Shown piece after piece: positions 58,401 to 64,000 of a DNA stretch of 64,000 nucleotides. The stretch comes from Candidatus Doudnabacteria bacterium (lineage in GTDB: Bacteria > Patescibacteriota > JAQUNI01): the NCBI GenBank assembly GCA_041644975.1, contig JBAZQX010000005.1, positions 13,068-77,067 of the forward strand, read 5' to 3'. Both the position numbers and the translations under genes were made by a program. The notes below the pieces were generated by a model, which did not search any database, was not told where the DNA came from, and saw nothing but the letters and a program-made list of their open reading frames with translations. Each line of letters opens with the position of its first letter. Within the stretch, counting starts at the first letter, position 1.

Positions 58401-58497
58401 CATTGGCGAAAATAAAATAAAGATTGATTTTGAGGATTTAGGGGAAAAATGGGTTTGCGAATTAAAAGAGAGTTTAAAAATATTAAAAAGGCAGTAG
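55444..58497 (+). CDS. mfd: transcription-repair coupling factor
   Basis: Helicase motifs GDVGFGKTEVAIRAAF, DEEQRFG, SATPIPRT and QxxGRxGR. C-terminal TRCF domain. Contains two in-frame palindromic-repeat copies. Confidence 0.9.
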   Translation: MSTRKMTKIEYWTGVPQTAKPYVIATSPLTRKGAVLLCTKNPKTWLTQIQFWQKNLNAVEAGLKPVSAILESNADVLIKNYPVFSRLKDKEPMLVLAQTEILAQKFPSPKELESKSLRLTAGQTLNLPKLIGFLLSAHYQKERAAHSPGAFAKRGGIIDIFPLLKDHLIRLELFGNKLESIKIINNNKIIEQPNNVTIPPLKVANPTGTILDWLPSLVTIILDEPEPESKERLKKFPLIVFEAFPCAGPENVVRFSFQNPPLALGNLQTLNNTLQQFRKKKYQIFIASKKLPAIETGFEPVSAMITPFSLSAGFQNQKAKIIVFTDTEIFGFRKQKRRERRFQMDAEPLNALTPGMYIVHIDHGIGRFAGMVQKEIDHLVREYFCLEYAYSDKLFLPIDQADKITRYIGRENPVIHRLHGGIWYQIKKQVQVDAKKIAAELLKIQASRQTEKGFIFTPDTPRQSTLEASFPYSETQDQEKAICEVKADMESARPMDRLICGDVGFGKTEVAIRAAFKACENKKQVALLAPTTILAQQHFDTFKERLQSLNVRIGLLSRFQSKKRQKQTLKDLKRGKIDIVIGTHRLLSRDVYFFNLGLIIIDEEQRFGVRHKEKLKSLRPNLDILTLSATPIPRTLNFTLSGLRDISSIQTAPAGRKAIKTYVHIAENKLIRKAIRRELEREGQVYYLYNKVETILPFAKKIQKLVPEAKIDVAHGQMNERDLTRVMRQFDEGKIQILIATTIIENGLDLPNVNTLIVDNAPQFGLSQLYQIRGRIGRGIRQAYAYFFYHQEKLPAAASKRLEALLSMQELGSGFNIAMRDLEIRGSGNILGREQSGDVNSIGLYLYTKLLAQAIQEFKTGKVPEPILEVSIDLPLPARLPQPFIPAEKKRLSLYHQLSGINTFADLRCIKHKIEKTYGPLPKEVRNLFKILKIKILARAARIKAIDTIKVWGIDGKSRQRIILDFAEKMDWDKVDELLKHNPHWIIGENKIKIDFEDLGEKWVCELKESLKILKRQ
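55618..55646. repeat. palindromic repeat family 1 copy inside mfd CDS, in frame (encodes VEAGLKPVSA)
   Basis: gtagaggcaggtttaaaacctgtctccgc. Confidence 0.8.
56322..56351. repeat. palindromic repeat family 1 copy inside mfd CDS, in frame (encodes IETGFEPVSA)
   Basis: tatagagacaggttttgaacctgtctccgc. Confidence 0.8.
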
Positions 58498-58523
58498 AAA
58501 CAGGTTTAAAAATCTGTCTCTAC
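58494..58523. repeat. palindromic repeat family 1 overlapping the mfd stop codon
   Basis: gtagaaacaggtttaaaaatctgtctctac. The TAG of the repeat is the mfd stop. Confidence 0.8.
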
Positions 58524-58628
58524 ATCTACAATGCGGCAGATATTTTTTTAAATAAGTTATGTGGCTTTATGTTGAAAAAAAATCTAAAAAATTTTTAACT
58601 TTTAATTTTAAATTTTTAATTTATTTAC

Positions 58629-58988
58629 ATGGGCATTCAAGTTGAATTTAACCCCGACCTTGCTTTAAGAAATATTTCTGAATACAAAAAAGGCAATCGC
58701 AAACGCGAAGAATGCATCCCTCCAAATCTTCAGGTAAAAAAAATCTATTCCTTTCTCAAAAAAGGTCAAAGAAATTATTGGCTTTTCGGTGAAATCCCGC
58801 TTATCGAGACCAAGGGCGATGAGGTTCTCTCCCGCCCTAAAGCAAGTATTATTATTCTGAAAGCCACCCATTTTTTAAAAAATGGCGAGGTCTACACTAA
58901 AGGGAAATATAAAGTCACCGCGGTATTTCAGGATAATGAAATACATTTTGAAGGACTAAATAAACTAAACAAGAAAAAAATAAAATGA
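58629..58988 (+). CDS. hypothetical protein, 4-nt overlap with dprA
   Basis: 119 aa, basic, no recognised domain. Looks translationally coupled to dprA (ATGA overlap). Confidence 0.45.
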   Translation: MGIQVEFNPDLALRNISEYKKGNRKREECIPPNLQVKKIYSFLKKGQRNYWLFGEIPLIETKGDEVLSRPKASIIILKATHFLKNGEVYTKGKYKVTAVFQDNEIHFEGLNKLNKKKIK

Positions 58989-60079
58989 CCACTGACGCGA
59001 GATACTACCACGCCTTCAATTTGATTCCCAACATCGGGCCATTAAAGTTTAAAAAGCTTATTGCTTATTTTTCGGATTTAGAAAAAGCCTGGTTCGCGCC
59101 CTGCGCGGAAATCATCAGAAGCGGCATTTCGGAGGAAGTGAGCCAAAGAATCTGCGCGGAACGCCAGCGCATCAATCCTGAAACGGAATGGCAAAAATTA
59201 ACAGCGCAGGGGCTTCAAGCCATCACCATTCAAGATAAGGATTATCCCCCTCTCCTCAAAGAAACTTATGACCCGCCGGCAATCTTGTATCTGCGTGGTC
59301 AAATTACAAATCCCAACCAAACCTCTTTAAGCGTAGTCGGCACGCGCAAACCCACATCTTACGGCCGAGAAGTAACATTTCAACTGGTAGGTCTGCTTGT
59401 CCAAGCCCAAATCACCATCGTTTCCGGATTGGCTTTGGGCATTGACGCCCTTAGCCACCAAGCCTGTTTGAATTTTGGCGGCTACACCATTGCGGTTTTG
59501 GGCGGAGGCGTAGACGATCCTTCAATTTATCCACGGGCGAATTGGCAGCTTGCCCAAAACATTATCCAAAAAGGCGGCGCTCTGGTCTCCGAATACCCGC
59601 CCGGCACCAAACCGTTAAAACAAAACTTTCCGCAACGCAACCGCATTATCTCTGGTCTCTCTAAAGGAGCTCTGATTATTGAAGCAGGCGAAAAAAGCGG
59701 CACTTTAATTACCGCGCGCGCCGCTTTAGAACAAAACCGCGAAGTCTTCGCCGTGCCCGGCTCCATTTATAACCCTTGTTCGCGCGGGACTAATTACTTG
59801 ATTAAAATAGGCGCTAAACTGGTAACGAATATCCAAGATATTTTAGAAGAATTGAATTTAAGTGTCTTACAGGAAATCCCGAGAAATCAAAAAATCACCC
59901 CCGATAATCCCGAAGAAGCTTTGGTACTGCAACATCTTTCCGGCGAGCCAATTTACATTGACGAATTAGCCAAAAAAACAAAACTCGCGCCGGCTAAGAT
60001 ATCCACAACATTGACAATCTTAGAAATGAAAGGTATTGTTCGCAATATTGGAAGCGCGAATTATGTGATAGCAAGGTAA
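58985..60079 (+). CDS. dprA: DNA processing protein DprA (Smf)
   Basis: Rossmann-like DprA core VVGTRKPTSYG...GLALGIDA...AVLGGG...VPGS. Confidence 0.85.
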   Translation: MTTDARYYHAFNLIPNIGPLKFKKLIAYFSDLEKAWFAPCAEIIRSGISEEVSQRICAERQRINPETEWQKLTAQGLQAITIQDKDYPPLLKETYDPPAILYLRGQITNPNQTSLSVVGTRKPTSYGREVTFQLVGLLVQAQITIVSGLALGIDALSHQACLNFGGYTIAVLGGGVDDPSIYPRANWQLAQNIIQKGGALVSEYPPGTKPLKQNFPQRNRIISGLSKGALIIEAGEKSGTLITARAALEQNREVFAVPGSIYNPCSRGTNYLIKIGAKLVTNIQDILEELNLSVLQEIPRNQKITPDNPEEALVLQHLSGEPIYIDELAKKTKLAPAKISTTLTILEMKGIVRNIGSANYVIAR

Positions 60080-60217
60080 ATTTTAAATTCTAAATTTTAA
60101 ATCAAATCCAAATTTGAATTTCTTAATTTTAAAACTTTTTTTTCTTTGTCTTAAAATTTAAAATTCAAGCATTTAAAATTGATTTAAAATTAAAAATTTA
60201 GAATTTAAAATTATTAT

Positions 60218-62461
60218 ATGAGGAACCTCGTCATCGTTGAATCTCCCACCAAAGCGAACACAATTTCGCGTTTCTTGGGTCCGGGGTATAAAGTAGAGTC
60301 CTCGTATGGTCATATCCGCGATTTACCCCAAAAAAAACTTGGCGTGAATACGCGTAAAAATTTTGAACCCGAATATGTGATCGTGCCTCGTGCGAAGAAA
60401 ATAGTCAAAAAACTCAAAGACCTCGCTGACCGAGCAAACAAGGTGTATCTCGCCACTGATGAAGATCGGGAAGGCGAAGCGATTGCTTGGCACTTAAAAA
60501 AAGCTCTGGGATTGAAAGAAAAAAATACCCAAAGAATCGCTTTTCACGAAATTACCAAAGGAGCGATTCTTTCCGCCCTGAAAAAACCTCGCGAGATTAA
60601 CCTCGCTCTCGTTGACGCGCAACAGGCGCGGCGGATTTTGGACCGCCTCGTCGGTTACAAACTTTCCCCCTTCTTGTGGCGCAAGGTGGCAAGAGGTCTT
60701 TCCGCGGGCAGAGTGCAATCCGTGACCGTGCGCCTTGTTTGCGAACGAGAAAAAGAAATTCAAAAGTTTAAGCCGCAAGAATACTGGACAATTATCGCTT
60801 CGTTGCTGAAAAAGAATCCGCGCGCGGAAGAGCAAGCTTTAGATAAAAGCGGGCAGGAATTTAAAGCGACATTAATACGAAACGGTGAAACAATCATCCC
60901 TAGATTAGGTATCAATACCAAAAAGGAAGCGGATAAAATTTTGCAAGATTTAAAAAATGCCGTCTATAAAGTAGCGAACATCACCAAAAAAGAAATCCGG
61001 AGAAAACCGTTCGCGCCTTTTACCACTTCCACTCTCCAGCAAGCGGCGGCTCAACATTTTGGCTTTTCAACAAAGTTCACTATGCGGCTCGCCCAAACGC
61101 TTTATGAAGGAGTTAAAATTGGCGAAAAAGAAGCGACGGGCTTAATCACCTATATGCGCACGGATTCCACCAATCTGGCAATGAAAGCGGTAAAAGAAAT
61201 CCGTAAGGTAATTGAAAAAAAACTCGGGGCGTCTTATCTGCCTCAAAAACCTTGTTTTTATAAAACCAAAACAAAATCTGCCCAAGAAGCGCACGAGGCG
61301 ATCCGACCCACGATTCCAAGCCTCCAACCGGAAAAAATCAAAGACTACCTAGACCCGCGCCAATATAAACTTTATGAATTGATTTGGAAACGCGCCATCG
61401 CCTGTCAAACGAAAGAAGCGGTTATTGACGCTACGACCGTGGATATTCAGGCAAAAAAATATTTGTTTCGGGCTACGGGGGCGGTAATTAAGTTTGATGG
61501 CTTCTTAAAAATCTATCCTGCCTCCGCCGCTGAAACTTACCTGCCCAAGCTGGAAGAAAACGAAATTCTTAGCCTATCCCGATTGACATCGGATCAGCAC
61601 TTTACCGAACCGCCGGCGCGCTACAACGAAGCGACACTCGTCCGCGCCTTGGAAAAATACGGCATTGGCCGTCCCTCCACATACGCGCCAATCATCTCCA
61701 CGATTCAGGACCGCGGCTATGTAAAAAAAATTGAAAAAAAATTTCACCCCCAAGAAATCGGCGTCGTGGTCAATGACCTTCTGGTGAAACATTTCCCTAA
61801 AATTGTGGATATTCATTTTACCGCCAAGATTGAAGATGAACTGGACGAAATTGCGAATCAAAAAAAAGAATGGGTGCCGGTGGTGCGGGAAGTCTATAAT
61901 CCCTTTATCAAAAATTTAAAAACCAAAGAAATGGAAATCTCCAAAAAAGAAATCACCGAGCAAAAAACCGACAAAAAATGCCCTGACTGCGGCAAGGCGA
62001 TGGTGGTGAAGCTCGGACGTTTTGGAAAATTTTTGGCTTGCACTGGTTATCCGGAGTGCAAACACACCGAGCCCTTAGGAGAGGAGAAAATTTTAGCGAA
62101 GGGACTTGCTGGCGGAAAATGCGAAAAGTGCGGTAAGGAAATGGTGATGCGCCAAGGACGCTTTGGACCTTTCCTCGCTTGTTCGGGTTACCCTGAATGC
62201 AAAAACATTAAACCCATTGTAAAAAAAACTGGTGTTTCCTGCCCCAAATGCGAAAAAGGTGAAATTATTGAAAAAAGAAGTAAAAGGGGGAGAACCTTCT
62301 ATGCCTGCAACCAGTACCCGAAATGCGAGTTTGCCCTCTGGAACAAACCCACCGGCAAAAAATGCCCCGAATGTGACAGTTTGCTTGTCTTTGGCAAGGA
62401 AAGCACCGCGGTCTGCAGCAACAAAGAATGTAAACACACCGAAAGCCAGGAAAAAGAATAA
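60218..62461 (+). CDS. topA: DNA topoisomerase I with three to four C-terminal zinc ribbons
   Basis: TOPRIM LVIVESP..DEDREGE. Active-site region GLITYMRTDS. C4 ribbons. Confidence 0.92.
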   Translation: MRNLVIVESPTKANTISRFLGPGYKVESSYGHIRDLPQKKLGVNTRKNFEPEYVIVPRAKKIVKKLKDLADRANKVYLATDEDREGEAIAWHLKKALGLKEKNTQRIAFHEITKGAILSALKKPREINLALVDAQQARRILDRLVGYKLSPFLWRKVARGLSAGRVQSVTVRLVCEREKEIQKFKPQEYWTIIASLLKKNPRAEEQALDKSGQEFKATLIRNGETIIPRLGINTKKEADKILQDLKNAVYKVANITKKEIRRKPFAPFTTSTLQQAAAQHFGFSTKFTMRLAQTLYEGVKIGEKEATGLITYMRTDSTNLAMKAVKEIRKVIEKKLGASYLPQKPCFYKTKTKSAQEAHEAIRPTIPSLQPEKIKDYLDPRQYKLYELIWKRAIACQTKEAVIDATTVDIQAKKYLFRATGAVIKFDGFLKIYPASAAETYLPKLEENEILSLSRLTSDQHFTEPPARYNEATLVRALEKYGIGRPSTYAPIISTIQDRGYVKKIEKKFHPQEIGVVVNDLLVKHFPKIVDIHFTAKIEDELDEIANQKKEWVPVVREVYNPFIKNLKTKEMEISKKEITEQKTDKKCPDCGKAMVVKLGRFGKFLACTGYPECKHTEPLGEEKILAKGLAGGKCEKCGKEMVMRQGRFGPFLACSGYPECKNIKPIVKKTGVSCPKCEKGEIIEKRSKRGRTFYACNQYPKCEFALWNKPTGKKCPECDSLLVFGKESTAVCSNKECKHTESQEKE

Positions 62462-62534
62462 ATTTTTACTGTGAAAATCTCTGGAATAATCTGCCAGGGA
62501 TTTTTATAATTAAAAAAACCTAGATTAAGATATA

Positions 62535-62560
62535 CAAAAAAATCCTCATCTGGAGGATTT
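62535..62560. terminator. bidirectional hairpin terminator between topA and parB
   Basis: aatcctcatctggaggattttc. Confidence 0.55.
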
Positions 62561-62585
62561 TCATTGGCTCTATAACTTCCTCTAA

Positions 62586-63431
62586 TTATTTTACTTTGTC
62601 AAGAATCCCCTCCAATTCCTCATCGGAATAAAATTCAATAGTGATCCTTCCCACTCTGCCATCGCGGGAAACTTTAACCCGCGTGCCCAAAGCCTCTTGC
62701 AAAAGTTCTTCCGCTTCCACCAAGCTTGGGTCTTTGGCTTTAATCTCACGAAGATGCCTTTTCACCGTCACTTTTTTTAAAATCTCTTCGGTTTTGCGCA
62801 CGGACAAACTATCTTGAACAATCTTTTTATACAGCCCTAGTTGTTTCTCGGGATTAGCAAGACCTAAAATTAGTTTAGCGTGACCTTCCGAAATCTTTTC
62901 TTCTTTGATTCCTTTTTGAATTTCTATGGGTAAGTCTAAAAGCCGCAGAATATTCGTAATCGTGCTTCTATTCTTCCCCACTCTTTTTGCAACCTCGTTC
63001 TGGACTAAACCAAATTTCTGAATCAAAGACCGATAACCTTCCGCTTCTTCAATGGGGTTTAAATCTTCGCGCTGCACATTTTCAATAATACTCATCTCTA
63101 GATTATCGCTTTCTTTGCCCGCGTGGATCGCTACCGGCACCCTCTTTAATCCCGCAAGGCGCGCCGCTTCCAGACGCCGCTGTCCCGCGATGAGTTCATA
63201 GTTCCCGTTAATAATCAAAGGCTGCAGGATGCCGTGGGCTTTAATGGAACTTGCGAGCTCCAAAAGTTTCTCCTGGTTAATCTCCTTGCGCGGCTGATTC
63301 GGGTTGGGCTTAATTTCCGAAATCAGAACCTCATCGGCTCGCACTTCCGTTTTTGAATTCTGGACTGATTTTCTGATAGAAATATTAGGGATTAAAGCAG
63401 AGAGTCCCCTGCCTAGACCAATGTGGGGCAT
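62586..63431 (-). CDS. parB: chromosome partitioning protein ParB/Spo0J
   Basis: GLGRGLSALI, LIAGQRRLEAARLAGL and a HTH. Confidence 0.85.
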   Translation of the reverse strand: MPHIGLGRGLSALIPNISIRKSVQNSKTEVRADEVLISEIKPNPNQPRKEINQEKLLELASSIKAHGILQPLIINGNYELIAGQRRLEAARLAGLKRVPVAIHAGKESDNLEMSIIENVQREDLNPIEEAEGYRSLIQKFGLVQNEVAKRVGKNRSTITNILRLLDLPIEIQKGIKEEKISEGHAKLILGLANPEKQLGLYKKIVQDSLSVRKTEEILKKVTVKRHLREIKAKDPSLVEAEELLQEALGTRVKVSRDGRVGRITIEFYSDEELEGILDKVK

Positions 63432-63472
63432 AATTTTATATGGAATCAAAAATTATAGATTAGGTGAAGATT

Positions 63473-64000
63473 TTAATTCATGATTCCTGATTCATTATTC
63501 AAACTAATTATTTCTTGCGCCAGATGTTTGTATGCTCGCGCGCCCTTGCAGAGAGGTTCATAATTTAAAATTGCCTGACCAAAGCTCGGCGCTTCAGCCA
63601 GCCGCACGTTTCTTGGAACAATGGTTTCAAATACTTTGCCGGGAAAATTTCTCTGCACCTCGCGCACCACGTCATTGGCAATGCGTGTTTTTTTGTCCCG
63701 CATCGTAAGCACCACTCCCAAAATATTCAAACTGGGATTCAAATTCTTCTGCACTAAATCAATAGTGTATAAAAGTTGGGAAAGTCCTTCTAGGGCATAA
63801 TACTCGCACTGCACGGGAATAACGACGCTGTCCGCCGCCGTGAGCGCGTTCACGGTCAAAATTCCCAAAGAAGGCGGCGAGTCAATCATCACGTAATCAT
63901 AATCCCCTTTAAGCGGGGTTAAAACTTTTTTCAATAAAAATTCTCGGTCAGGCAAGCTGACCAATTCTACAGCCGCGCCGGCCAAATCCGGCGAAGCTGG
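63473..64000 (-). CDS. parA: chromosome partitioning ATPase ParA/Soj (5' end beyond window)
   Basis: MIDSPPSLGILTVNAL and the C-terminal ParA pattern. The Walker A region lies outside the window. Confidence 0.85.
   Translation of the reverse strand, partial: PASPDLAGAAVELVSLPDREFLLKKVLTPLKGDYDYVMIDSPPSLGILTVNALTAADSVVIPVQCEYYALEGLSQLLYTIDLVQKNLNPSLNILGVVLTMRDKKTRIANDVVREVQRNFPGKVFETIVPRNVRLAEAPSFGQAILNYEPLCKGARAYKHLAQEIISLNNESGIMN

Noticed and set aside
1-64000. CRISPR array, rRNA or tRNA genes
   Set aside because: The short palindromic repeats are dispersed singly, not in spacer-separated arrays, and no rRNA- or tRNA-like conserved segments were recognised by eye anywhere in the window.

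Overview
This 64 kb window is low in GC and gene-dense, with most genes on the minus strand. The content is typical of a reduced Patescibacteria/CPR-like genome; that affiliation is an inference from S21/YqeY, RRM-RGG, split ComEC, an intein-bearing NrdD and very AT-rich intergenic DNA.

Housekeeping genes, right to left: parA/parB, topA, dprA, mfd, pth, an LCP protein, lepB, hisS, a HIT protein, rpsU-yqeY, ybeY, dgkA, ftsA-ftsZ, the nrdR-nrdD-nrdG operon, dut and ndk.

Accessory blocks:
- A cobalamin nucleotide-loop salvage operon (BtuF-like binding protein, a PP-loop ATPase, cobS, cobT, cobU, cobC) preceded by a candidate cobalamin riboswitch.
- A CYTH / SAM-methyltransferase / ASCH-Nudix / RRM cluster.
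- A copper operon headed by a CopY/BlaI-type repressor and a BlaR1-like M56 sensor, followed by an HMA-DsbD_2 membrane protein, a CPLC membrane protein, a thioredoxin-like protein and CopA. Two of these proteins carry a duplicated cupredoxin-like domain.
- A DNA-uptake neighbourhood: split ComEC, a TrwB/VirD4-like coupling ATPase, a PIF1 helicase and, further on, DprA.
- A LAGLIDADG intein inside NrdD.
- A proteasome-beta-like Ntn hydrolase with a large insertion.
- A three-gene coiled-coil / flotillin-like operon.

The most distinctive non-genic signals:
- Several families of short palindromic repeats, reminiscent of Rickettsia palindromic elements (RPEs). Two copies sit in-frame inside mfd, one inside the methyltransferase, and several overlap stop codons.
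- A four-helix-bundle (23S-IVS-type) gene carried as a cassette between inverted repeats, with an apparently empty copy of the repeat pair between ftsZ and ftsA.
- Four GC-rich, strongly structured intergenic elements, two sharing shuffled 20-30 nt modules, that are candidate novel ncRNAs.
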